Shown piece by piece: positions 20,063 to 30,883 of a stretch of DNA of 64,000 bases. The stretch is from assembly GCA_963815455.1 (NCBI GenBank), contig CAWFGO010000005.1:1-64000 (forward strand), in the 5' to 3' direction. Position numbers and translations under genes: made by a program. Positions within the stretch are counted from its first letter, which is position 1, and each line of letters opens with the position of its first letter. Under the pieces are notes generated by a model. That model had not been told where the DNA came from. It saw only the letters and a program-made list of their open reading frames with translations, and did no database searches. This DNA comes from an uncultured Verrucomicrobiae bacterium. GTDB taxonomy: Bacteria; Verrucomicrobiota; Verrucomicrobiia; Chthoniobacterales; UBA10450.

Positions 20063-20584
20063 ATGAAAAAAATCGCGTTACTCGCCGTCATTTGGAGTTT
20101 GGTTTTGTCAGGCTCCCAGCTCCACGCAAATACACTGACGTTAGTGAACTCTGCTACGCCAATCACTGGCACCTACGATTGGCATTACACGGTCGTCTAC
20201 GTGAATAGTCAGCTGCGGAACGGCGATTTCGTCAGCCTCAGCGGTGCGGGTGGCATTACATCTGCCACTGCCCCCGCGGGATGGACAACGACTTTTACCG
20301 CAACCTCTGTTCTCTGGACCTGGATGGGCGGAACTACGACTCTTGGCGCCTTTGGCTTCATTCCGGGCTTTGACCTCCACAGCCTTGGGGCAGTCCCCAC
20401 CTCAGGCCATTATGCTTCCCAAGATCACGTAGCCAGCGGAACTGGAGCAGGTACCATATCAACAGCCTCAGGCAGCGTAGACGTTCCCGTTCCCGAAGGT
20501 GGTTCGGCACTTGTTCTCCTGGGTATCGCGCTTACGGGGGTTGAAGGGATGCGCCGGCTTGTGGGTCGTTCACGCAAGCCGTAA
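20063..20584 (+). CDS. VPEGG/PEP-CTERM sorting-domain protein A1
   Basis: Signal peptide; C-terminal VPEGGSALVLLGIALTGVEGMRRLVGRSRK. Confidence 0.9.
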   Translation: MKKIALLAVIWSLVLSGSQLHANTLTLVNSATPITGTYDWHYTVVYVNSQLRNGDFVSLSGAGGITSATAPAGWTTTFTATSVLWTWMGGTTTLGAFGFIPGFDLHSLGAVPTSGHYASQDHVASGTGAGTISTASGSVDVPVPEGGSALVLLGIALTGVEGMRRLVGRSRKP

Positions 20585-20612
20585 TCAAACCAAGGCCGGA
20601 CAGGATGAATTT

Positions 20613-20646
20613 GCCCGAGCGGGTAATCGCCCCGCTCGGGCTTTGT
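20613..20646 (+). terminator. Intrinsic terminator
   Basis: GCCCGAGCGGG-7nt-CCCGCTCGGGC then TTTGT. Confidence 0.75.
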
Positions 20647-20914
20647 CTCTCTATTGCAACGGAAAGAGATTCTCGGCTCCGGAGCTGGCCCAACGCCTTC
20701 AATTTGTTGCTGGAGCCTGCATCTCCCAGACACACTCAAGGTTGTCCGATTCTTTGCTACCCGTTTTCAATTCTCCGTGCCCGGTAAGCCAGGCGATGCC
20801 ATGGGGGCTGCTCAACGCTCGATCGGGCACTCAAAGCGGCTTGTCTCGTCTTGGCGGAAGAAGTCAACAAACGCCGCACCGATTAAGGCTAAGAGAGCGA
20901 GCGATCATGTGGAT

Positions 20915-21023
20915 CGTCGGAAATCCTTACGAATATCTCACTTGAGGGAATCTGCTTAAAAACATAAGCCATTCGCCATCAATTACTTATGTATAATCGA
21001 TCGGATTTGGCATCCTCCATGCT
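20915..21023 (+). promoter_or_regulatory. Upstream motif CGTCGGAAATCCTTACG plus sigma54 promoter TGGCATCCTCCATGCT
   Basis: Motif 20915-20931; GG-N10-GC at 21009-21022; IHF-like ATCAATTACTTA in between. Confidence 0.85.
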
Positions 21024-21069
21024 GATCTGATTGGCTGTCAACTTAAACCGCTATAGAAGGACAAGCACA

Positions 21070-21603
21070 ATGAAAACGAATATGAAAAAGACGATCACTC
21101 TGATCGCAGTAATTTGGGGTTTGGTACTGGCAGGCTCCGCGCTGCAAGCGAACACACTAACCCTGGTGAATTCTGCTACGCCGGTCACAGGCACCTATGA
21201 CTGGCACTACGATGTCGTTTACGTGAATAGTGCATTGGAGGATGGTGATTTCGTCAGCCTTACCGGTGCTGGTAATATTATATCCGCGACAGGGCCGGCG
21301 GGATGGATGGTGACGTTTACCTCATCCTCAGTTCTTTGGACCTGGATGGGTGGATCTACGACTCTAGGCGCCTTTGGTTCCCTTACGGGCTTTGACCTCC
21401 ACAGCACTTCGGGAGTCGCTACCTCGGGCCATTATGATTCCCAGGATCACGTGGCCACCGGATCGGGTGCAGGAATGATATCGACTGCCTCTGGTAGCGT
21501 CGACGTTCCCGTTCCCGAAGGCGGCTCGGCACTTGTCCTTCTGGGTATCGCGCTGACCGGAATCGAAGGAATGCGCAGAGTGGTTCGGCGTAAAGCGGCG
21601 TAA
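21070..21603 (+). CDS. VPEGG/PEP-CTERM sorting-domain protein A2 (close paralog of A1)
   Basis: ANTLTLVNSATP...WTWMGG...VPEGGSALVLLGIALTGIEGMRRVVRRK. Confidence 0.9.
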   Translation: MKTNMKKTITLIAVIWGLVLAGSALQANTLTLVNSATPVTGTYDWHYDVVYVNSALEDGDFVSLTGAGNIISATGPAGWMVTFTSSSVLWTWMGGSTTLGAFGSLTGFDLHSTSGVATSGHYDSQDHVATGSGAGMISTASGSVDVPVPEGGSALVLLGIALTGIEGMRRVVRRKAA

Positions 21604-21635
21604 TAGATAACGCCAGAGCATTTTCAGCTAATCGT

Positions 21636-21668
21636 GCCGGGCGAGGGAAATCCCTCGCCCGGCTTTTT
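21636..21668 (+). terminator. Intrinsic terminator
   Basis: GCCGGGCGAGGGA-aa-TCCCTCGCCCGGC then TTTTT. Confidence 0.85.
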
Positions 21669-21855
21669 AGTTTCGACAAGACTTCCGTGCGAGCCTTTCA
21701 CGCCGCTCGGATTCCTTGCCCGATCAAGAGACATTCCCCGACCAGACGGTTTCGCTAACGGCTACCGGCTCAGGAACGGTGTGGCATTGCAGCCGGGTGC
21801 GGAACTTTCATCTTCTGCTAGCTTGCCACTTGGCTTCCACGTATTCGGATCGAAG

Positions 21856-24800
21856 ATGGGAAATTTGAGGATCCAACTCACACGCGCGCTTCTCGGGCTC
21901 CTGTTGGTGATCTGCACCACCGCCTGCTCAAAGGACGCGAAGAAGGCGCGATACCTCGAGCGAGCCGAAAAATTCTATCAGGCCGGCCAGCACGAAAAGG
22001 CCAAGATCGAGTATCTGAACCTGCTCGATCTCGATCACCAAAATGTAGTCGCCTTCGAGCGAGTCGGTTCGATCTGGCTCGAACAGGGCGCTCCCCTCCG
22101 GGCCATCGGGTTTCTCGCCAAAGTTCGCGAATTTTCACCGCACAATGTCGCGGCCCGGGTCAAACTGGGACTGGCCTATTCTTATATTGGGGCATTGTCT
22201 GAAGCTCGAACCGAAGCCGTCGCAGTCCTTCAGGAACAGCCAGATAACCCCGAGGCCATTGTCCTCCTGGCTGACTCCTCCCAGACCCCGGATGAAATGG
22301 CGGCCGCTGTGCAACAAATCGAGAAATTCCGGGACAAGAATCCGGCGGCGTTCCATCTGGCCTCGGCCAGCCTGGCTTTGCGCCGCGGACGGATTCGCCT
22401 GGCTGAACAGGAACTCGAGAACACGCTCGCTGTCGATCCAAAATCGCCCCGCGCTCACGCCGCGCTGGCCCGGATCTATCTCGCCAGGAAAAATCTGGCT
22501 GACGCGGGCAAAGAACTCAAGGTCGCTGCCGACTTATCGCCATTGCGTTCAAGCGAGCGCATTGCCTACGCCGAATTTCAGGTGGCCAACAACGCCATCG
22601 ACAAAGCGAAGGCGGCTGTCCAGGAAATTACGCAGAAAGCTCCGGATTATCTCCCGGCCTGGATTTTTCTGGCCCGAGCCGCCTTTACCGAAAAGCACTA
22701 CGATCAATCCCTGCTTTTTCTGGACAACGTCTTGAGCCGGGATGCCAATAATCCAGATGCCCGTTTGCTTCAGTCGGAAGTCTTGATCGTCAAGGGCGAG
22801 TCGGACAAGGCCCTATCGATTCTGGACGCGTTGAGCGTGACTTACCCGCGAAAAGCCGAGGTGCGATATTTGCAGGGGCGAGCTTATGTGGCCACAAATA
22901 ATCTGCTTCAGGCTAATCAGGCCCTGGAACAGGCAGTCAGCATGAGCCCGGACTATGTCCCCGCGGTTCTTCTGCTCGCCTCATTGAATTTGCGCGCCGG
23001 CAAACCCCAAGCCGCTGCCATCGCCATCGAAAATCTCCGCAAGAAGCACCCCGATCTTCCCCAGGCCCGAATTTTGTTAGCGGACGCCTATCAAGCAATG
23101 GGTCAGTTTGATAATGCGGCTTCATTTCTACGCGAACAACTCAAGATTACTCCTGATTCCGCGGCGGACCATTTTTTGTTGGGGCTCGTGTTGCGGCGGC
23201 AGAAGCGCAATGATGAAGCCTGGCTCGAGTTCGATAAGAGCTTGGAGCTGGCGCCGGATGACTGGCGCAGCGTCGATCAAATGGTCGAGATGGACCTTGC
23301 CGAGGAACGGTTCGAGGCGGCTGGACAAAGAATTGAACGTTACCTCGCGGCAAATCCGAAGGCAGCCGCTGGCTATCTCATGCAAGGCAAGATGGACGCG
23401 GCTCGACGAGACTGGGTTAGCGCGGAAAAAGCGCTGGGGACAGCGATCGAGATCGACCCCAGCCTTGAGGCGGCCTACAGCGGACTTGTCTCGGTTTACA
23501 TCGCGCAAAAGAACCTCCCACTGGCGGTGGCTCAGCTGGAGGCAACGTTGAAAAAGAGACCTGATGATCCGCGGACCCTGTTGGCCCTGGGTCTTGTTTG
23601 CCAGCAGATGAAGAATTACGAAAAAGCGCGGGATGCCTACGAGAAGCTTCTCGAGGTGAGACCCGATACGATCGCCGCCCTGAATAATCTCGGCTACATT
23701 TACGCCGAGCATCTGAACCAGCCCGATCGGGCCTACGAGTTGGCTCTGAAGGCGCGATCCCTCCAGCCGGCGGATGGAGCGGTGGCGGATTCGTTTGGCT
23801 GGATCCTCTACAAGCGCGGGCAGTTTCAGCAGGCGCTGGCGTTGCTCCGCGAAAGCGTGATCAAACTACCCGACGATCCGGAGGTTCAATTTCACCTCGG
23901 CATGATCGCATACGTTATGGATCAGCTCGATGTCGCTCGGGCTGCATTTGCCAAAGCCGCCGCGGCAACTGTTGATTTTCCAGGCCGGGAGGAAGCTCGA
24001 CGCCGTCTCGCGTCGTTGGAGCAGCCGGCCGCTCCGGCGAAAACTGAGGCCGGCCGCGATGCTTCCACCCTTACGAACAACCTGCCAACTGACACGCCGA
24101 TGCTGATGAGGCTCGCCGAGAGCCAGGAAAAGAAGGGCAATGCGGCGCAAGCAGCCGCGACCTACGAGCAAGCGATGAAGCTTAACCCGAATCTTGCAGC
24201 CGCTGCACTAAAGCTCGCTCAGCTTTACGCTGGACCATTGCAAAAACCGGATAAAGCGATGGAGTTTGCCAGCAAAGCGAGGGAGTTGGCCCCAGATGGT
24301 GGCAGCTCCTCTGAAGCCGCGGCTGCTCTGGGACGGGTCGCGTTTCAGACTGGCAATTTTAACTGGGCGTACAGCCTTCTCCAGGACAGCGCCCGTCAAG
24401 CCACCGATATTACTGCCAATCTTTACGACCTGGCTTGGGCCAGTTACGCGGTAGGCAAAGTCACCGATGCCAGAAAAACCATGGAACGGTTCTTGAAAGC
24501 GGCGCCCAATGCCACCCAAGCCAGCGATGCCAGCCAGTTCCTGCATTTCACCGCCCTTGATGAGTCGTCAGCCTCTGGGTTAGCTGCCGAAGCTGAGGTC
24601 GGCAGAATGTTGAAAAAGCAGCCCGACTATGTGCCGGCTTTGATGGTGCAAGCGGCGATTCAATTAACACGCAATGAGACTCATGCCGCGGTCGAGAGTT
24701 ACCTGAAAGTTTTGCAGAAGTATCCTGGCTTTGCGCCGGCGCAGAAGAATCTGGCTTTATTATACGCCCAAAATCCGGAAGATCTTTCGAAGGCGTTCGA

Positions 24801-25113
24801 TCTGGCGATTAAGGCGCGGCGCAGTCTTCCGGACGATCCGGATGTGGCGCGGACCCTGGCCGAACTGAGCTTTCGACGTGATGAGTTTGGTTACGCGATT
24901 CAGTTGTTTCAGGAAAGCGCGAAAAACCGGCCGCTGCCACCTAACGATTTGTTTTACTTGGGGATGGCGCAGCTAAAAGCCAACCAGAGCACGGCAGGCA
25001 GCGAGACCCTCCGGGCGGCATTGGCGAACGGGCTTCAGGGCGACCTCGCCCAGCAGGCAAGGAGCGCCCTGGCGAGAGATAGAGCCAAAGCGAACAATTC
25101 CACCGGCGAGTAA
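21856..25113 (+). CDS. PrsT-like TPR lipoprotein #3
   Basis: MGNLRIQLTR...CTTAC lipobox; collinear with TPR #1 and #2. Confidence 0.85.
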   Translation: MGNLRIQLTRALLGLLLVICTTACSKDAKKARYLERAEKFYQAGQHEKAKIEYLNLLDLDHQNVVAFERVGSIWLEQGAPLRAIGFLAKVREFSPHNVAARVKLGLAYSYIGALSEARTEAVAVLQEQPDNPEAIVLLADSSQTPDEMAAAVQQIEKFRDKNPAAFHLASASLALRRGRIRLAEQELENTLAVDPKSPRAHAALARIYLARKNLADAGKELKVAADLSPLRSSERIAYAEFQVANNAIDKAKAAVQEITQKAPDYLPAWIFLARAAFTEKHYDQSLLFLDNVLSRDANNPDARLLQSEVLIVKGESDKALSILDALSVTYPRKAEVRYLQGRAYVATNNLLQANQALEQAVSMSPDYVPAVLLLASLNLRAGKPQAAAIAIENLRKKHPDLPQARILLADAYQAMGQFDNAASFLREQLKITPDSAADHFLLGLVLRRQKRNDEAWLEFDKSLELAPDDWRSVDQMVEMDLAEERFEAAGQRIERYLAANPKAAAGYLMQGKMDAARRDWVSAEKALGTAIEIDPSLEAAYSGLVSVYIAQKNLPLAVAQLEATLKKRPDDPRTLLALGLVCQQMKNYEKARDAYEKLLEVRPDTIAALNNLGYIYAEHLNQPDRAYELALKARSLQPADGAVADSFGWILYKRGQFQQALALLRESVIKLPDDPEVQFHLGMIAYVMDQLDVARAAFAKAAAATVDFPGREEARRRLASLEQPAAPAKTEAGRDASTLTNNLPTDTPMLMRLAESQEKKGNAAQAAATYEQAMKLNPNLAAAALKLAQLYAGPLQKPDKAMEFASKARELAPDGGSSSEAAAALGRVAFQTGNFNWAYSLLQDSARQATDITANLYDLAWASYAVGKVTDARKTMERFLKAAPNATQASDASQFLHFTALDESSASGLAAEAEVGRMLKKQPDYVPALMVQAAIQLTRNETHAAVESYLKVLQKYPGFAPAQKNLALLYAQNPEDLSKAFDLAIKARRSLPDDPDVARTLAELSFRRDEFGYAIQLFQESAKNRPLPPNDLFYLGMAQLKANQSTAGSETLRAALANGLQGDLAQQARSALARDRAKANNSTGE

Positions 25114-25129
25114 CGCAATGCTATCGTGC

Positions 25130-25445
25130 AAATTCTTCGTGGCTTGCGGAGATTTTTTCGGACTCAGCGCGCAACTCATTCATGGCTGCCGATTATCGGC
25201 TATGGGAATTCGACTAAGGTCGCGCTCTCTAACCGTTATTCTCCCCAATTTTCGTGTCTGTTGGCGTATTTAGTGGGCCAAAGAACAAGCGGTTTAGCCC
25301 ACGAAACACGCGAATGAAACGAAAAGAAGAGGAGCTAAGACGGGAGTCACACGGAAGATTTCTTTTGAAATTTCGGGTAATCTCGGGTCTGTGGTGGTCC
25401 TCTGTCCTAACCGCGCCATCCGTTTCATCCGTGGTCAAAAACTTC
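25130..25445. repeat. Cluster of degenerate short tandem / inverted repeat arms
   Basis: tttcgtgtctgttggcgtatttagtgggc versus gcccacgaaacacgcgaatgaaacgaaaa; ttcgggtaatctcgggtc; atccgtttcatccgtggt. Confidence 0.55.
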
Positions 25446-25480
25446 GGTTGCGGCAGAGCCGCGCTGGGGAATCCGCAGTT

Positions 25481-25600
25481 CGTCGGAAATCTTGACACTT
25501 TCTCAATTTTAGATAACTTCGCTAGAAATATTATATCGCATAATATACTCAACAATAGATAGTTACAGTGTATAACTCGCAAATTGGCACTGCAATTGCT
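25481..25600 (+). promoter_or_regulatory. Upstream motif CGTCGGAAATCTTGACA plus sigma54 promoter TTGGCACTGCAATTGCT
   Basis: Motif 25481-25497; near-consensus -24/-12 at 25584-25600. Confidence 0.9.
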
Positions 25601-25676
25601 TTGAAAGGTGATGGAAAACCGATTCGGTAATCGGGTGGGTTGCATCGCCGAAAACCGAGAAGGTTACCGCAAGAGT

Positions 25677-26261
25677 GTGAAAGTAATAACCAAAACAATC
25701 TGCCTCGGTTTCATTATCGGCGCATTATTCAGCCAGCAGGCCCAGGCGGTATTTGTTAACGGCAATATCACCTTTGCGGGAAATGTCACGCTGAATACAT
25801 CGTCAGCCGGTACCGCAACCCAGGTCACAGCGTGGTCTAATACCACCGTGCAGAGCGCCGATGGAAGCTTCACAGGCAATACCGGCGCTGCGGTCGCTTT
25901 TACCTCCCCTTGGAGCTTCAACACGGTTGCGGCTATACCCAACTTTTGGAGCGTCGGGGGATTTTCCTTTGAGCTGACTCAATCTGCAATCGATGCACAA
26001 GGTTTTGATGCCGGGACTGGCGACGGTTTTGTGATGGTGAGCGGAACGGGATGGATTAGCGGCAACGGTTTCGACCTAACCTACGGAACGTGGAATTTTT
26101 CTACCCAGGACGCGGGAGGTGGCGGTGCTCCACAATTCTCCTTCTCCGCTGCCAGCGGCGCGGTTGGCGTTCCCGAGGGTGGCTCGACGCTGGGGCTCCT
26201 GACGCTTTCCCTGGCCGGGATCGGGATCCTGCGGCGGAAGATGGCGAAGCCGAAAGGCTAG
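25677..26261 (+). CDS. VPEGG/PEP-CTERM sorting-domain protein B1
   Basis: Signal peptide ending AQA; C-terminal VPEGGSTLGLLTLSLAGIGILRRK; GTG start chosen downstream of the promoter. Confidence 0.88.
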   Translation: MKVITKTICLGFIIGALFSQQAQAVFVNGNITFAGNVTLNTSSAGTATQVTAWSNTTVQSADGSFTGNTGAAVAFTSPWSFNTVAAIPNFWSVGGFSFELTQSAIDAQGFDAGTGDGFVMVSGTGWISGNGFDLTYGTWNFSTQDAGGGGAPQFSFSAASGAVGVPEGGSTLGLLTLSLAGIGILRRKMAKPKG

Positions 26262-26370
26262 GACGGGCCGTAATTGGACCCTAACGAGTTTTTGAAACCC
26301 CTGCCTCTTTCTCTTTTTGCTAGACTGGATGGTCCCGGAAATACTAAAATTCAAAGTAAATTCTAAAATT

Positions 26371-28215
26371 ATGAGAAAGATTAACACGCTTAGAGGCTTG
26401 GCCATCGCTGTCGTATTGCTGATCATGACGGGAAGTCTTAACGCTGCGCAGATCAACGGCTTGATGAATTTTAATGGGACGGTTACCCTCAACACCGGTT
26501 CCGCTGGCACGGCTAACCGAGTAACGGGTTGGTTCGGCCCTAACGGTAATCCGAACGTCGCCGGCGCCACCGGTGACTTTGCCGCGTTCCTGACTCCAGG
26601 CACGAGCACGGCGGCGTTTGTAGCGCCGTGGTTTTTCAGTTCTCCGGCGATTCCCGGGTTCTCGATGGCGGACGGATTTACTTTCAACCTCACGGAGTCG
26701 CATATCACCTTCCAAACCGGTAGCGCAGTCGCGGTGAGTGGGACCGGTTTCATTACCGGCAACGGCTACGATCCAACGCCTGGCGTCTGGACTTTTACAA
26801 CTCAAAATCCTTCAGCCGCCGGAAGATTTAGCTTTTCAGCGTCAATTCGAGCAGTGCCCTGCACGGGCCAGATCGGCGATTTTGTTTGGCAGGACACGAA
26901 TAGGAACGGCTGTCAGGATCCCAACGAACCGGGCATTGCCAACGTCCAGGTTGATCTCTATTCCCATCCTGCGCCTTCAACAAATTGCAGTTCGAATGGC
27001 GTCTTTGTTAGAAGCACCATGACGGACATGAACGGCTTTTACCACTTCACCGATCTGTGCGCCGGAGATTATACCGTAGTATTCCACCGGCCAGACGGAT
27101 TCGAGCGAACCACTCCGCATGCCGGTTGCGGTCCGGGCGGCGCGCCCAACCCCGAGACGGATAGTAATTGTGACTGCGCCGACGGCGACACCTGTGGGGT
27201 ATGTGTGAACCTGCCGACCGACAACAGCCAGGATTTGACCATCGATTGCGGGTACGTCACCTGCGTCGCCTGTGTCTTAGCTTCGCCGAACCCGCTGCCC
27301 GAATGCGGCACGAGCGGGAACACGTTGAGCGGCCCCGCTGGCATGGCCTCTTACCAGTGGTCAATTACGGCTCAGACCGGGCCCGGTTGGGCTATCACTG
27401 GGCCAGCAGACATGCAAAACGTGACCTACACGGCTGGGACATCTGGGACCGCAACCTTCCATCTGGTCACTTTCAGTCCAGGCGGTTGCCGCGAGGAATG
27501 CGAAGTGACTTTCGGCTGCAACCAGCAGTGCGTCTGCGCGCCTCACGACATCAAGTACAACTTTAACGGCACCCAGATCCTTTTCCAGCCGGCAAACGCG
27601 CAAAATTATATCTGGTTCATCAGCGATGGCGTAGTCAAACAGCTGCCGAACAATCAGATCACAACGCTCACCATCTATGACCAGACCATTACCATCCCGG
27701 TAAACCCACCGATCGTGATACCGGTGCCCAATGCCATCATCACGTTCAACCCGAACGCGACGACCGCCACGACCGACTTTAATACGGCCATGAATCGTTG
27801 GGAATCGACCTTCCCGACCTCGGGACTCTCCGGTAACATCTTCTACGCAGGGGTGGCCTTTGCTGTCCCGGCGGGTGGATTGCCGGGAGGGATCAAGAAC
27901 GTGGATTGGAGCGGGAAATTCAGCACCGCCACGCCCGGTTTGGAGGTGAAGTGGCAATGGCATGCGGCCGTCTATAACATGTTTACCACCAATTACACGA
28001 ATGCCCCGGGAGGCCTCGCGGTCAAACCGACCGATGACAACCATAAGAGTGCTTACCAGAACAGTGACCACGCCGGGACTCCTGAAGGGACCGATACGGC
28101 TCACAACAAACTCTGGAAGACATATGTCGTTGGCGGAGCCAGTGGTGGTGGCGGCTCCAATTACACCGGCTCGGGAAGCTCTACTATTTCCTTCCCGCCG
28201 TGCCTATGCCCATGA
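26371..28215 (+). CDS. Secreted protein: B-family domain + SdrD B-like domain + Cys-rich region + C-terminal beta domain; no sorting signal
   Basis: N-terminus homologous to B1/B2; GQIGDFVWQDTNRNGCQDPNEPGIANVQVDLY...TIDCGY. Confidence 0.8.
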   Translation: MRKINTLRGLAIAVVLLIMTGSLNAAQINGLMNFNGTVTLNTGSAGTANRVTGWFGPNGNPNVAGATGDFAAFLTPGTSTAAFVAPWFFSSPAIPGFSMADGFTFNLTESHITFQTGSAVAVSGTGFITGNGYDPTPGVWTFTTQNPSAAGRFSFSASIRAVPCTGQIGDFVWQDTNRNGCQDPNEPGIANVQVDLYSHPAPSTNCSSNGVFVRSTMTDMNGFYHFTDLCAGDYTVVFHRPDGFERTTPHAGCGPGGAPNPETDSNCDCADGDTCGVCVNLPTDNSQDLTIDCGYVTCVACVLASPNPLPECGTSGNTLSGPAGMASYQWSITAQTGPGWAITGPADMQNVTYTAGTSGTATFHLVTFSPGGCREECEVTFGCNQQCVCAPHDIKYNFNGTQILFQPANAQNYIWFISDGVVKQLPNNQITTLTIYDQTITIPVNPPIVIPVPNAIITFNPNATTATTDFNTAMNRWESTFPTSGLSGNIFYAGVAFAVPAGGLPGGIKNVDWSGKFSTATPGLEVKWQWHAAVYNMFTTNYTNAPGGLAVKPTDDNHKSAYQNSDHAGTPEGTDTAHNKLWKTYVVGGASGGGGSNYTGSGSSTISFPPCLCP

Positions 28216-28313
28216 CGACACTGCTTCCTGGTGGCGCGTTTGCAAACACCCCAGACCTGTTTCGTTAGACCTAACTTGCTTCGGCAGAAAAAATACACCC
28301 GCATACCAAAAAT

Positions 28314-30654
28314 ATGACAAAGGCAACCGGAATTAGATGCTTAGCAATCGCTGCTGCGTTGATAGCCATGGCGGGACAAGTTCATGCCGCACAAATCAAC
28401 GGGCTGATGAATTTTAACGGGACGGTTACGCTCAACACCGCTTCTGCCGGCACTGCCAATCGGGTAACGGGTTGGTTCGGGCCTAACGGCAATCCAAACG
28501 TGGCCGGCGCCACCGGTGACTTTGCCGGATTTGTTACCCCAGGCACGAGCACGGGGGCGTTTGTGGCGCCGTGGTTTTTCAGCTCCGCGGCAATTCCCGC
28601 GTTTGCCATGGCCGGCGGATTCACCTTCAACCTCACCGAATCGCACGTCACTGTCCAAACCAGCAACGCCGTCACCGTAAGCGGAACCGGTTTCATTACC
28701 GGCAATGGCTACGATCCAACCCCCGGGGTGTGGACTTTCACTACCCAAAACCCTTCCGCAGCCGGCAGATTCAGTTTCTCAGGCTCGATCCGAGCCTTCC
28801 CCTGCACGGGGAGGATCGGCGATTTTGTCTGGCAGGACAACAACAGCAACGGCTGCCAGGATCCGGGCGAGCCTGGAATTCCGGGAGGTACAGGTCGATC
28901 TGTATCAGGGCTGTGTCGTTCCCGGTGGCATGCCGTTCAAAACCACCATGACGGACAGCGACGGCAAATATATTTTTGAGGGGCTTTGCGCGGGCGTGTA
29001 CACGGTGAGCTTCCACACCCCGGGCGGCTATACTCACACTTTGCCTAACCAGGCATGTAATGTGAACGGACAACCTGCCGACGAAACCGACAGTGATTGC
29101 GATTGCACGGGAGCCGGAGTCTGCGGCGTTTGCGTGACTTTGCCCGCCAATACCAGCGAAAATCTGACCATCGATTGCGGTTACATCCCGGAATGCGCTC
29201 TGAGCGTTACCAAGGGCTGCTCGGTGCCCCCCCCGCCTCCGAGCTTCGACTGTAGCGGAGCCAAGCCAATCCTCAGCTTCAAGGTAAGGTGGAACGGAGC
29301 GACCTCTCCAATTTGGGTGAAAGCTTGGAACGGCTCCATCGCAGGCAAGGGTGTTGCCATGACGACGTTCGGTCCGGTGAATTCAGGCGATGTAGTCACC
29401 TTTACCCGCTCGAGCTCCAGTACGCCGAACGACGTCTATTTTGAGATTTTCTCGTGCGCGGCCATGACTTCGGCCTGCAAACTTGGCAATTCCACCTTTC
29501 ATCTTTCCTGTTCGGATTCGGACATGAACGGCCCAGAGGACTGCGGCAAACCGGAAGGAGATGGCAAGGGCGGCAGCGGTTATATCAACACTTGGGCTTT
29601 TGAGGGAATGGCGGGTGCCTCTCAGGGATTTGAATGCACGACCATGCCCCCGCCTCCAAGCAGTAACTGCTCTGTGCCGGAGATGGCAATGCCCAATTGC
29701 GACACCGTGGGCAAGCCTACTTCGCTGACCTTTCGTTATACCGGCGGAGGCTGCGCGGCCAGCAATAACCCGCAATCAGGCAAATTTACCTGCTCCGGGT
29801 CGGTCAACTCGGCTTTGCCGATCTCTGTGGCCAACAGCAACGGCTATACGATTTCTCCGACGATGGTCGCGCCCGGCGGAGAATTCACGGTCAGCGCAGG
29901 GAGCTTTAAGGCGCAGTCCGGTTTCACTCTTACAAACGCCGGTGGAACCGAGACTCTGTCGATTCATACGTCGTGCTCCCAGACATTGGAAGTTGGCAAT
30001 GTCTTTGGCGACCTCACCTTGGTGGGCTTTAACGGCCAGACCGGCGGTAGCGCGATCGATTACGATTACGCCGTCACGAACAACGGTCCATTCATCCTGA
30101 ATAATGTCTATTTAACCGACAACCGACTGGGTCCTCTGGCTGGCCCGTTCACCCTGCAGCCCTTTGAGACCAGGATGTTCTCGGCCCAGGCTCAGATTAA
30201 TGGCACCACCGACAATGTCGCCACCGTCTATATCGACAACGGACAAGGGCCGACCTGCCAGATGATGAGCAATCAAGTGACCGTAAACGTGATCGCAAAC
30301 TGCCCCGTTTGGGCCAATGCGGCGACGTTCAGCAGCAAGCAACTAAAGCGGTCGATTTCCAATACCGGATCGACCAAGGTGACTTTAACCGGGTTAATGC
30401 TGAGCTGGCCGGCGAGCAACGGAAAGTTGGTCAAGATCAAGTTCGACGGCGACACGGTATGGGATAAGCAATCCGCTCCCGGCGCTACCAGCATCACCAT
30501 CGATTCGGCCAGCCTGACGAGCGACCCGAAAAAGAAGAGTATTGATCCAGGTGCCACTCGCGTATTTATCCTGGAGTTCCAAAACAACGCCTCAACGAGT
30601 CTGAACCAGTATTCGGGCAGTCTGTCATTTGGATCGTGCACGCTTGGTTTCTAA
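28314..30654 (+). CDS. Secreted protein: B-family domain + SdrD B-like + Cys-rich beta domains (apparent +1 frameshift about 28885)
   Basis: IGDFVWQDNNSNGCQDPGEPGIPG continues as VQVDLY in ORF 28705-30654; FHLSCS and IHTSCS motifs. Confidence 0.78.
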
Positions 30655-30883
30655 GTTAAACGCCAGAGTTTCGCTCCTAATCGGAAGATCGGTCCGGACT
30701 TCTCTGGGGGGTTTGGACCCGCGGCTACGGTTGCCCGGGTAATTCCAGGTATCCATACCGCATCTTCCCAGAAAGGAATGACTAAGGCTTGAGCCGCCTA
30801 CTGCCCGTTCTGTTCGTGGAGAGGACAGCCGTCGGCTTGCTCACGCGGGCCTAAAAGCTTGCGTCCTTTGGCGGGCAGGGGAT

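Noticed and set aside
1686..30654. Diversity-generating retroelement (Avd-like genes plus near-duplicate ORFs)
   Set aside because: No reverse transcriptase in the window; differences I compared between 26371 and 28314 are mostly synonymous and of all base types, not adenine-specific
21609..30685. Shared AACGCCAGAG...CTAATCG just after the stops at 21603 and 30654
   Set aside because: Only two short copies; cannot distinguish from chance or a duplication remnant
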